Under the pieces are notes generated by a model. It was not told the origin of the DNA and ran no database searches. It worked only from the letters and a program-made list of their open reading frames with translations. Both the position numbers and the translations under genes were made by a program. Positions 51,801 through 64,000 of a DNA stretch of 64,000 nucleotides are shown here, piece after piece. Position 1 is the stretch's first letter, and every line of letters starts with the position of its first letter. Origin of the DNA: Raillietiella orientalis. Its lineage: Eukaryota. The stretch covers positions 1,178,001 through 1,242,000 of the forward strand of contig JAYWIR010000031.1 of the NCBI GenBank assembly GCA_036172245.1, written 5' to 3'.

Positions 51801-54800
51801 TATTTTTTTTATGATTGATGCTTGTCTTTTGCAATCAGTATTGAGCGACGCATGTTAATCTTGACGAAACAAACACGTTCATAGATAAGAAAAGGCTTAG
51901 AAAAGCATTTCATGTGAATTCAGTTTTTTTTTTTTTTATTCTCAATGTAGTTCCACAAAGATCGAGAAGCCAATGCATTTGCAATAGTAGAAGATACATT
52001 GAAAATTTTTCTTGTAGAATAATTCCAAGATAACTTTTTTGATGAATGAATCTTCTTTTGCGAGTTTCTTTCGTTTCTATGCTAGCAATTCTACTTTTTT
52101 TTTTTTTTTTTCCTAAGGCTTCCCACTTTAAGCAGTCCTACTTGATTTTTCTTTTACGAGAGATCGACGAAATTGAGAAATAAAGCATTTTCTAAGAAAT
52201 GCATCATCCCTAAGTTAAAATGAAGAAACGTATATTGCAACTCTTTCGAAATTTTCACGTAAGTTGCGAGACTTCGTTGGTCTCTATTTAAAAATATCAA
52301 TAGATCACAAAGACATATGATTCTGTTCAACGAATCTTAGGACAAGCATTTGCAAAAATCGGTCGCATTTGGTACAGTCACATTTGCATAGCTAAAGCTA
52401 TGCAACCAATTGCAAGCTATCTTTTGTTTTTATCAAGACTGGTTCCAAAGCATATTTACCTAGATTCTAACACGAAACACATTGGGAAATGGAATGTTGT
52501 GTTTCTTTTTTCTAAAGGATATTTGAATAAGACCGTGTCTATTTTTCGGATCTCTAACCATCAACTGGAAGCTCTGCAGCCGATACCGATATTGCTGCCC
52601 TCAACCTACTTGAGTTTTCATTCCCAGATTTCTTATGGTTTTCTGACGGGCTTCAAAATGTAGAATCGCAGCTCGTCTAGTTTTACTGACCTATCTTGCT
52701 TCTACCCCTGAAGAATGTTTTCTGGAAAGAAGTCATGTTCACATGTGTCTTTAACTTTAAAAGAAAGTGACCTTATTTCTGAGAATTTTGAATCAGAGTC
52801 CAGGATTTCATTATTCCCTTTTTTTTCAATAAAACTTTTATCTGTTTTCAGCATGGACTGTATCTTACGCTGTTGTGTCATTGTGCTCTGAAAATTTGAG
52901 AGCTTGGAGATTCATCCTGAGTGTCCCAATAGTCAACTCAGCTGTTGCTTAGCTTCTTTGATGTGCTTAAGAAAGAATGAGATTTCTGCTTAATGTTACG
53001 GATCAAGTTGAAATGAAAAATGAAATCTAAAAATCACAAAATAAGTCGAATCATTTTAAACTTTGTACCTTGGAATTTGATTTTTCAGTTTCTGAACAGT
53101 CGAATCGTGGCTACGATGTTTTTTAGAATTACATGAAAATTACTTGGTTGACATTTGTGAATTTTATATAATGGCTGAGCTACTTCAACGAATTACCGCT
53201 TTGTTATTTTGATTTGATTACATGAAAGCTTCATTCCTCAATAATTTCTTGAATTACGTTTCTGCCTCGTCATTTCTTCCATACCTCAGCTGCCTCTTAC
53301 TGGATGATCTGTCCTTTGCACTGTGTGAGATGCAAATTCTGATGAGAACTTCCATTGGAATCGCGTGCTCCGATGAGCACAATGTAGAAATGCATAAATT
53401 TTGTGCACGGGAATACGTACGACTTTAAACGCGTGCTTTTTCGCTGCATATCAGAAGTAAGTATACACTGATTACGTATTCTGATGAGCGATAAGGTGAC
53501 TAATGCTGAGCAATAAACTTAAATATGGTTTGAATATGAGTACGTATAAGCCTCGTGATTGTACGTGTGTTCACGGATAGGACTTGTTTGCTAGCAGTGT
53601 TTGTCGTTTTCTTGTGTACAGCATACCCTTTTTCTGGTTTATGTATGACTGGTGTAGTCAGACATTATTTCTTTTTGTTGCTCCTTAAGGAATTCAGATG
53701 GAGAGATGACTGAGAATAAGTAGATTTCCTTAACCTTGTATGCATACTGGTAAATGTATGATCAGATGATCAGATGAGTTGCATTCATGTCTGAGGAAAA
53801 ATTGGAGTTTACTCGAAAGCTTGTGGACCACTGGTCACCATTTGGATCTCATACGATGGATATGCCTTACGTTTCCTTTTTTCGTCCCTTCTGAATCTTT
53901 TCTTATCTAGGAAAGCATCAGATATTCCATTCACCAGATACTCATTTTCGAGGCGTTTAATATGACTGAAGGAAAATATTATCAAGGGATACTCTTGATG
54001 CAGACCCCAATTAAAGCGTATTATTCTTAACAAGATTTGATGCTAGACGTTTTTCACATATAAGATTTAGAGTAAAAGATTTGTTGCACTGATAACAAAT
54101 CTAAACTTTTCTTTGTAAAGTTGCTTTTTGTTTCGTAGCCTGAAATAAAATACTCTTTTCTAAAACACTAATGGTTTCGAATTTAAGAAACGGTCGGGAA
54201 AAGGCTACTTAGTGCTTGAGGATTCCAGCGTCTGAGAAGTTCTGCTTTTCAAAGCCTTGAGTTAAGCAAGTGAAGATCAGCAGATGATCGACAGAAGAAG
54301 GCTTCAACTTCTGGAATACCAATGGGAAACGCCCAATAGTTGCTTTCTCATTTCATCGTATCGAAATCGGCAGGCAATCCGACTTTGGCTTTGTGAAGTA
54401 ATGCAAACAAAACTGAGGGCTCAGAAGTATCACTCCACATTCTTATGAAATACTTCAAGAATGCAAGTCACACACATCCCTTGAGGGGTCTTTAGGTTTC
54501 AGATAACGGTCTTGCCTTATCTAATTTCTCATTGGCTGATTTGCTTAAACCCATAGGTGATAGTCAGTTTCATGCAATAATTACAAGTACCGCAATCAGG
54601 GGAATTTCGAGTATATCTTAAATAAACATAATGCGTCGATTCTGTCTGTAGTTCCCCTGAGCATCGGTCGGACGCGGAAGCGGTTTCCTAGAAATGATGA
54701 TCAGACCTACTCAAAGAACTCCCTCCGCTGAAATGGTAATTAACCAGAAGTACACTGCTTCCCGCGATCAATTCGCAGTAGCATGATGAAAAGAAATGAA

Positions 54801-57565
54801 GCGTTTCTTCAAGCTCCGAAGTTGGCACCTGATCACATAAAAGACTTTCCATTGAAATACCCCACATGGTAAAGCAATCAACACCCTCGTCGTAAATCCT
54901 CAATCCGCGGAAAATTTGAATATCCTTCGACAGTAAGTGCTCTTGCAAGCTTCTGGAGGAAAATCGAAATTTCCGAGTTCATTAAAGCATCAACAGTTTT
55001 CCTCCCTGAGGCAGCGGGAGATTTCGCTGTCCTTAAAAAATTACGACCTCTTTTCTCGAAGAGTGCAGGCAGTAAGTGTGAGACAAAGAGCCATCTAAAA
55101 AAAAAATGCATCCAAAGTTAAACATATGCGTCGAACACTTTAAATGCCATCCATAGCTGTTTTTGCATCAACCAATGCCTCTAATTGCTGATATTTGAAT
55201 ATCAGACTCACTTTGTACATGACTTGAGCTTCGGTAAAATGGTCAACATGCCTGTCAAAGCTCCGGAATAAAGCTAGAAATCACAGATACTGAGTATGAA
55301 AGTTTCTTTGTAGAATGTCCCAGAGTAGGAATTATTATCTGTGCGATATAGCATCGTCAACTTGTTTTTTGATGGTTTCTCCTGAAATTACTTTTCATCA
55401 CCTTCAAGACATCACAAAGGATAGCCGGGCAATGTTTCTAAAAAATCCAATGGTTGCCTTTTCACAGTTCTAATCTAATAAAGTCGGTTCTTGGCTATTT
55501 CCAACAAGAAATGAAGATATGAATTGACCAGTCTGCCGACTGGTTTGTGAGATTTCGCCAAGATGAGGTGCGGAAGACAGTAAAGGAAAAACTCACCATG
55601 GAAAGATCGATGAACAAGACGCTGCCATGACGATGTAGATTTCGGATGAAAACAGGGGAGAGTATCACTCATAGTGATTTTCTGGTAAAATTATCAATAA
55701 GGATGACAATTCCGACGAGGAAATCCGGCGTGACCAGATTTTCGTGAGGTGATTGAATTTCCAGCTTGGAAAGATTCCTCCTCTAAACTCCGAATTTCAG
55801 CAGCTTCACGGATTTGCATTTGCAATTTGCACAAAAAATATAGAAACAAACGGGAAGCTTCTCTCGTTCGGAACGTTTGTCTTAATAGCAACCACCTTTT
55901 TGATTTTCAAGGAAGAGCTAAAGATGTGCAGTTGAGTAGCAATGTGTGTGATGTTATTCCCTAGAGGAAGTGACCGCTCACGTTGCTGCAGCAGTTTCCT
56001 TGAGATCAAAATGAGCTGATCGCGATCATCACAGTCACTGTGTAGCTCAAGATCTGGAAGAGAGCACTGAGCATCATGCAGCCGAGCTAGATTGACAGAA
56101 AAAAAAGCATTCAGCACAGTTGTTGTGACTTAGAAATCGAACTTTTCCCCACAAAAAAGAATGCGTTGTGACCAAACATATGTGAGTTTCTGAATCGTCC
56201 ACGTGTAGTCTTAATCTTAAGAACGTGGGGTTCAACAGAATTCAAGTGGGAATCCATTCAGATGGATTCCCCCTTGAATTTCACAAAGTGGTATTTTCAA
56301 AAAAAAAGTATCGATGTAAGATAAAAAAAAAAAAAAGAGTTGTCATGCTCTTTAAGGAACTTCTGGATTAAGGCTCCCAGGTCAAAGTACGAGCATCACG
56401 TCCAATGTAAAAAAGAGAGCTTTGGGGGTCCCAGACACAATCTTCAATGACAGAACACCCGTCGACAAACCCAATGGGTTTTCACTGAACGGCTGCAGAA
56501 ATCCAGATTTACCCTTTCAATTATTTCATAGGTAGCTAACTGACTTTAGCTGTTAGAAAATAAGATAACTAGGAGGAACGAAGCAGATATGAATGAAAAA
56601 TAAGCAAAAACATAGTTGCTTTTGATTTCCCTCTATCGCGTGTGAAGCAATGCTGATGGCTATCGGGCAAGGGCCGAAAATGGACGCCCCACCCAAAAGT
56701 ATCTCCATCATCTTATGGAAGAGCTGCTATCATGAAGAGTGAGTGCAGACCACATACATCAGATGGCATTTACGAACATCTCAATGACGTGTCTGCAACA
56801 CTTGTGGAGTGCAACACTTTCATTTCTTGCAAGCATTACGAATACAAATTAGCAAAGCGAAGCTTTCATGAAAACGAATTTTCTGGACACCAACGCCATG
56901 GCTGCGAACTTTGAAATTCCACTTTTCATGTTTTTTCTTTTTCATGGTTTGCACTGAACGGTTCATAAAGAAGGAGCAATGAAGTCGGTGGGCAAAAAGT
57001 ACGGATCAAAGGAATAGTGATATTTTGAAGGTGCGATAATAGCGTTCGCAATAGGCCGTGATGGCATTCATCAAAAAAAAGGGGTCATGCCGAAGAACAT
57101 TTTCAAATAAGATAATCATCAGCAGCAACATAAAGTATCCTTCGTGTGTTTGGATGCAATGTATTCACGTTAAGAAATGCTTAAGGTTTTACATTTCTAG
57201 ATTAAAGTTTAGGCTGTGCTGCCATCGCATTTGCTCTTTAGGGGTGTGGTTCAAAGGCCCTAACGCCGAAATCCGGAAGGATCATAAAAAAAAATACGAA
57301 TATATGCTTATTCTACATAGATTAATGTGCAAATTCATTTCAATATGCATAATTATTCATATTTATCCAAATACATATTATTAACATTAATATTACTGGA
57401 ACATACGTTTATGAAGATTCAGTGATCTCAGACCATCTTAAAATTAATAAATTGCTGGTAGATATGTAAAAGATTATAAAAAATACGATATTCACGTATT
57501 CCTTGAAATATGTTTATTATATATATAAAGATGTCTGCGTAAATATAAATATACACTGGTACAGA

Positions 57566-57569
<4 letters not shown>

Positions 57570-57650
<81 letters not shown>
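57570..57650. repeat. (TA)n microsatellite, about 40 units
   Basis: Read directly. Confidence 0.97.
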
Positions 57651-57653
<3 letters not shown>

Positions 57654-57699
57654 TAAATGCATCCATATATATATATATATATATGGATGCATTTAATTT
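57650..57699. repeat. 50-bp perfect palindrome centred on (AT)n
   Basis: aaattaaatgcatcc-(at)10-ggatgcatttaattt. Confidence 0.92.
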
Positions 57700-58314
57700 C
57701 TGTATATATATTTATACACATATTGATATACGTGTGTACATTTTTATATTCATATATTATCTGTAAATATCGGTGCATTAATATTTCAGTTTTAAAATAA
57801 AAGTTCAAATTGAAATCTCAAACCTTAACTCTGAAATCCAATCCTACATGTCAGAACACTCGTGTGTCCGAATCCTTGTCTTTTTTGTGTGTGTGTAATC
57901 AGAGACAAAAATACTAATGGATGAATAAAGCGAAACACTTCGGAAGCTGATAGATATCCGTCGAAGGATTTCCGAGTCTTCATGCTGAGAATCAGAGAAA
58001 ATCAGCACTTTGTGTCGCCTCAGATGATCGCGATCAGCAAAGTTCGCCTTGAAGATGGGAAAAAAAATCGTTCTTGCCGATTTCGTGAACCCTCCACCGC
58101 ACAGGATGTACACTCGTAAAGAGAGGGGGAAAAGAAAAAAAAAAACATGATTAAAGTTCACCACCCATTCTCTCCGAGTCTGCGCTTGATGATGCAGCAC
58201 ATGGTGTGCTTGCGATGGAGAGTACCTCTTCTCAGACCAATGGAACTATTTACTCACATCCATAACCTCCACTTTTTCAGACCTCACGCTTCCAGCGAAT
58301 GCCCAGCAACGGGC

Positions 58315-58830
58315 TTCAGAGACGGCTGGCAAAGACGGTGGCTGCATTCCTATTCACAGAGATGCTCTCAAATATCATTTCCTTGATTCCTGAAGAAGAA
58401 GAAGAAGGGAAAAAGAGAGAGCACACATCCGTGCTCTCTCTTAATAGATAACAGAAGTAACGGCGCGCTTTATTGCATTTCTCGATACGAAACACAGGAA
58501 AAGAAAAAGCATCAGGAGAGGAGAATTACGTTGCTTTGGTTGCTCATCGCGCTTCCTGTCCTTTGATCCTCTTGAACCTTTCGACTCCGGCGTTTCCCCT
58601 TCGATGAGCTCCACCAAGGTGAGACTGCGTGCCGCGGCAGGGAAGTTCCAAAGATCCCCAGGATCACGCTGACCAGAACGAATGTTTCCTCCGCCGTCTG
58701 TGCACACTTTTTTTTTGTGCACACGGCCCTTCGCGATGGGGAAAATGGCTGATTTTCGTGTTCCCAACGCGGAAGTCACAGCGAGCATGCTGCGCTGGAA
58801 TGTACACTGGGTCTCCCTCCTGGCACTGTC
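58315..58830 (-). CDS. Possible 3' exons of an unidentified gene
   Basis: Open frame ...DGGGNIRSGQRDPGDLWNF...RKRDEQPKQ ends at a phase-1 donor (C|gtaatt). A very strong acceptor (cttcttcttcttcag) then gives RIKEMIFESISVNRNAATVFASRL*. No recognisable homology. Confidence 0.3.
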
Positions 58831-61800
58831 CAGATTCTAATCTGATTGACAACAGCAAACGCATAATCGGAATGGAATTTTAAAAACATCTCCTAATTCT
58901 GAAGCCTAAAAATTCCATTACATACAGCAGATTTTTGTATGAACAGCATGGGAAGGTAAGCAGCAGCGGTGATGTATACAAAGACCAACGTATTGTCAAT
59001 TCTCAAGTGAAAGAGAGTGCACGTGTAGAAGCATCACTGTCAAACTCATAATAAATTACAATCCCCTTCTAAACAAATATACACGAAAATTCCCCAAAAT
59101 GGAAAGAATTGGCAAGTTTTTAAATTACTGAAGCTTTGCGAGTATTTGGTTCGTAATCTATGAGTGATTTAAAATTTACTAATTAAAACTTTTACACTGT
59201 GCAATATGTTTAATGACCATACACGGAAACTTGCAGATTACTTTTTTTTCCAATACCAATAAAACATGCGTACAAATGACTAGTGTTTGCTACATTACAA
59301 TCCATTACCAACATCATGGATCGATCTTCTAAAATACGACCTATTCGTAGGGTGCATCAACCGAAAGCTAAACGTTCATCTATCTTGGCCTCCGATAAAG
59401 GGAAACGATCCCGGATAGCATTCAAATTTCTCTGAGCACAAATAAATCACAGACTACATTTGAGCTCACAAAGACCCTTCAGGAAGCCAATCTTTGCTCC
59501 TAGGAACAACTGGTCATTTAGATGCATAAGGAGGAGGCATTGCGGTCGCTGGCTGAGAACCGGATCTTCAAGATAACCTTGAAAATGCGTGACTTACCAT
59601 TCAGAGATTCTTGTTGCAGGCCTCAGAGCCAGCAGACATCACGAATTCTTTGTTCGGTTTGAGGGCTCTCAGGCAGCTCTGGAAGATGGGATCATCGTAT
59701 CACACCAGAGAGCTTTTGCACATGGGAAATGTGGGGACAAAAGAAAACGTATGCAAGAACCATGAAATTTACCACTCCCTATTCATGGGTTTCCTTTGGG
59801 GGGGGGGGGGACATAAATTCATTGACGTTCAGATTTTGATTGATCTCGAAGAGATACCAAACCAAGGTGTGTCAGTTTTGCAGTTTTTGTCTGTAGTCTC
59901 CATTGGTACATCGACAATGTACAAAGTGAATTCTGACTCCAAATGTGTGTTTTTGACATTTGCTGAAAAGATACTTTCCATTTTTAAACACGAATAGCAA
60001 AGTGCCGATGAGGAATTAGAAGGAACGTGAACACATATGGAGTAGTTCATTCCTTCATCCTTTAATGTTTTTCTCTTTAATAACCCTTTAATATTCTTCC
60101 ATATTTTCTTTTGATATTTTCGTCCTTTTCTTCATTCTTTGTATCCCAAGAAGGTTCTTGAAGCAAGAAAATCATACGCTCACCATGACTATTCAGGGTT
60201 AAAAATAAAATAATTATTTTCGTAAAAATGAATAGCATATGATCATTTGGCAATAGCTTTGATGTAATGCCTATATGGGAGCAAGAAAATCAGTGAAACT
60301 CGAAACTCGAAGCTATTTCCACACTCTATTTCGTGGTTTCTTGAGCGATAGATTTGTCCACTGAATGGTTTGGCTGACAAGAAGGCTAAATGGCTACTGC
60401 GATCCAGATTCTTTTTTTTTGGGGGGGGGATGAGGGGTCCGAGAAGGAGGTCCAGCAACTCAGTTTCAGATACAGACGACAGCGTCACTTATAAGGAATT
60501 TTTAGAGTGAGTGTGTTTGCTAATGAACATCTCCGTGTTTCGCGTTGGCACTGCTCGCCTTTCGTTTCCCTCCTCCTGGAGCTACGAAACACATGGACAC
60601 GTGTACTGTATGGTACCACGTCTGCTTCCCAATTGTGGTTAGCAGGTGTTGCTTTTTGCCACTACCAGCTAACTGCTTCCTGCCCAAATTTTCGGGACAG
60701 CCACTTTTGCATTAGGGACATCTAAGGATATAGATCATCTTAAAGCTAAAATTCTTGGAGAATCAAGAATCAGTTTAGACTTGGTGTGTGTCAATGCATT
60801 CCGCAGAAACAACCCTTTCTTTTTTAAATAATTTAATATCTATGCAGGGGCGATTGTAATAAATATGGAAAACGTATGATGTTATCTTGAAAGAATGACT
60901 TAAAATGAAACAGTAGTATAATAGTTTCAATTAGATGTCGTAGTCCACTTGAATCACTTTCTTTATGTCTTCTTGTCTTCCCGTATGTCTTGCCTTATAA
61001 AAACATTCCTTAGCACAACATGTCACGAATCGACATTCATCGTTCCCATTGGATTCAAAGTCACCCATTCGTAATGGTCAGCCTTCGTTCCAATTTCCAT
61101 CGGCCCATAAGGAAGAACATGTCAACTTCACAACATATCCATTTTTTCCTGGACGGCCAACAGTAATTATGGAATCAGGAGATGTGAAATAGAAAAATTT
61201 CCTAGCAGGTATATGGATTGTATAAAAAGCTATTTCCATAAAAAGCACGGGATGGCATTGCTTGTGCCTTTAAGAAAAGGGTGGGAATTTATTTTAAGCA
61301 TTTGTAGAACACCTTGATTTTGATTGTAAAAGCAAATATTTCATTGAATCGTTGAGAGTTACACAGAATAATCTAAGCGTGCAAGGTTACAGCTAAAGAG
61401 TAACTTAGCTCAGAAAGGATACAAAGAATCAAATAAAGCGTACGAAATTCTGTACCAAATCGCTCCCAAGTGACTCCTAAGGTGGAAGTTACTCTTCGAC
61501 CTTACTACTCTAAGGCCTGAATCACTCGTAGGTATGAAGATGGAATCTCTTTCCTACAAGAAAATCTCAACAGTCACGTAAAGCCTCATAAAGAAGACAT
61601 TGAAATTCCGGATACAATCTGAGGATGCGACGGATGACGGATTTTGTGTATCATACACAAATTTGCAAATTGAGTTTTGGGTTGGAAGGGACTTCTGGAA
61701 AAATCAATTGGAAAACAGTTTTCGTTATATGGAACGATATTCCGATGGAGATCCACAGAGGAAGCATATGTGAAAGGTGGATGTGCTTGCTATGCCAGTT

Positions 61801-64000
61801 GCCCACTATCGATTAACCAAACATACATCAGCAAATACATATGGAGGTTTTGCATTTATTTTTTGTTATAAGCTTATTTTTCAATAGAATACCTCGTGCC
61901 AAAACTGCTTTAAGAGATGTTTCACAAAACGGTTGAATAATGCACATTTCAAGGTTGCGGAAGTCTTAAGATGCTGCGATAAGAAACGGCAACAGATTGC
62001 CAGTTGTTTTGGACACTAGTGATCAGATTGTGCTCGGCTGTCCATCAAATATTTCTTGAAGCACTCCTAGCAGTGAGAAAGTCTGAAACTGCCTTGCTGT
62101 TGTAGCATAGGCAAAATAACTTTGATCTCCGTCGAGAGCAAAACAAGCGCTCAGGAGAAAAAACTTCGAGACGACTCGCATTCCGACAGATTTTCGGGCA
62201 AGAAGATTGCTAAAGGGGTTCATTGCTGATGGAGTATGTATGATGAGATCCCCAGTGGCTTAGCAGGGCATAATCTTTCTTGTTTGTAAACGTGAAAGGG
62301 ATGACCAAAAATTGCTTTCGTTTCAGAGAAAGCAATGGTCATTTACATAAAACATTCATAACTGATAAAGGGGAATGTACCACCAATAAATTAGCTGTGT
62401 CCTCGTGTTGCTACGAAACATTCGGTAATCAACTAAGGTATTTACTGAGTACACTTTGATATTTACCAAGTGCCAACCCAAGAGGATAATCAAGCGATTA
62501 ATGAAAGGAATGCATGAATATTCTTGATGTGATTCAGTCAATTGTCCTCCATGGAAAGGACTGTGTTTCCAAGACGGCGATAATGATACTGAATTCCATT
62601 AATGGACGTGGTGCGAGTCGTTCGGATCTCCACCGAAGTATCATTAATCGAATCAAAGATAGAGAGCACGGTGGGCTCAGTTTGAGTTGTTTCCCGATGC
62701 AAAGCCTTCCTGCAAGAGGAAATGGTGCAGGTGAAAGCCCGAACATGAGAACAAAAAGTTTTTCAACTCCATGAATAAAAATCTAACAGTCTCGAATTCC
62801 GATCGAGTTTTTTTCTTTCTTTCCAATTAAATTCCTTTGATTTTTCCGTAAAGTCGCAACCTTATTAATGAAGTGACGCACACAATGGAACATACATACA
62901 TATGATTCAACTGGCTCTGCACAATTGGCAGCATCATCATTCAACAAGATCTGCTTATTCATCTGTGGTTTAAGTGTGCAACTCTCGTTTAGGGTCCACG
63001 ATATTCTGGCTCCTCCCACGTTGCAGGCAATCCAAACGTAGTTTTGAAAACAAGAAAAATCCAAAGTCAAAGACAGTATACAATCATTCAGCCAACAGTA
63101 GTAAATTCGGCACCAGGCATTTATATGTATATACAGAAAGCACGTTAGTTGACGACCTGAAAGCAGATGAAATTCGGAACAGGATCGGAGCAAGTGTGCA
63201 CGTGAATTTGAGCCTCAAGATGCACTCAGATTGCACAAGCTGGTAAAGTTCTAACACGACTATTGTGCGTGTGATCCTCTGGAACAGAATTCAAGAAATG
63301 ATTTGCATTCTGTCATTCTCCAGATCGACGTTCTCCAACAAAAAGGTTTTTACTGTTTCTCAAGTGTTTCGTTTGTTCAAGCGATCATCCAAATCGGAAA
63401 AGGTCGAATCGGGCACAGGATGGCATTCGAAGTGAAAAATGAAGAACCGTTAGAAGCCAAAGAACTTTGAAGGGCACAGGTAGAGAATACCTATTCCTCC
63501 ATCAAGCAAACTGAGCGTCCATCTATCAAAACAGTGTCTCCACAAGTCACGTGAACAGATGCACTCTTTTGGTCCGAACTAGGATGCCGACGGAGTACAT
63601 CTGAAAGAGATAATTCAAATTCAAAAAAAAAAAAATAATAATCATAATCTTTGTTCACAGCGCGACGCGAAGTGTTTTGGAGTGTGAAATGGAACGAAAC
63701 CTTTCGCAGCAGTCAAATATTTTGGACGTCAAACCTTGCAGCCGCATAGTGTGGTCGACTTGCTTAAGTAAAAGCTTGAGGCTTCGAAGTCTCTCCCCAA
63801 GCCGGCAATGAAACTTTCGGTCTTTTCCCAAGACTGGAGACTCTAACTGACCCTAACGTTTCCTCTTTGGACGTCCTCAGCAGCGAATTCGCTCACGGGT
63901 CCAGATAGAGAACGGATAGAGCGTAGCGACACAAGGTGAACGTGTCATCTCGCTGCTTGCCTCATTCTGAAGGCCTCTTTCGATTTTATGCGCGCACTGC

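Noticed and set aside
46000..54200. AT-rich ORF-poor stretch
   Set aside because: No gene, RNA or element could be supported apart from the tandem repeat. Likely intergenic or intronic.
57492..57766. YI-repeat ORFs
   Set aside because: Translation of the TA microsatellite.
61000..63480. Several minus-strand exon-like segments (e.g. MRVVSKFFLLSACFA, KALHRETTQTEPTVLSIF)
   Set aside because: Individually plausible, but the phases could not be joined into an open model.

Overview
Eukaryotic, animal-like genomic DNA, probably arthropod. This is inferred from GT-AG introns as short as 48-70 nt, TATA and AATAAA signals, cuticle-like motifs and invertebrate LINE types. No prokaryotic operons, rRNA, tRNA or CRISPR arrays were seen. 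Most ORFs in the supplied track are spurious because the real genes are spliced. Manual splice reconstruction gives six well-supported small genes for secreted proteins I cannot assign to a known family, plus several weaker exon sets. Three of them (3.5-4.4 kb +, 16.6-17.3 kb -, 26.2-27.9 kb -) share one architecture: signal peptide, acidic spacer, R-F-[FY]-[WG]-G motif, phase-1 intron, then a Tyr/Gly- or His/Pro-rich C-terminal exon. They look like a family of processed precursors, either structural matrix proteins or defence peptides. The genes lie among decayed non-LTR retrotransposons (two R2/NeSL-like RLE-type remnants and many L1/Tx1-like fragments), a TA-flanked MITE, simple repeats and perfect palindromes. 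The 46-54 kb stretch is AT-rich and looks non-coding. Gene models were built by eye and need RNA-seq confirmation. Transposon boundaries are approximate.
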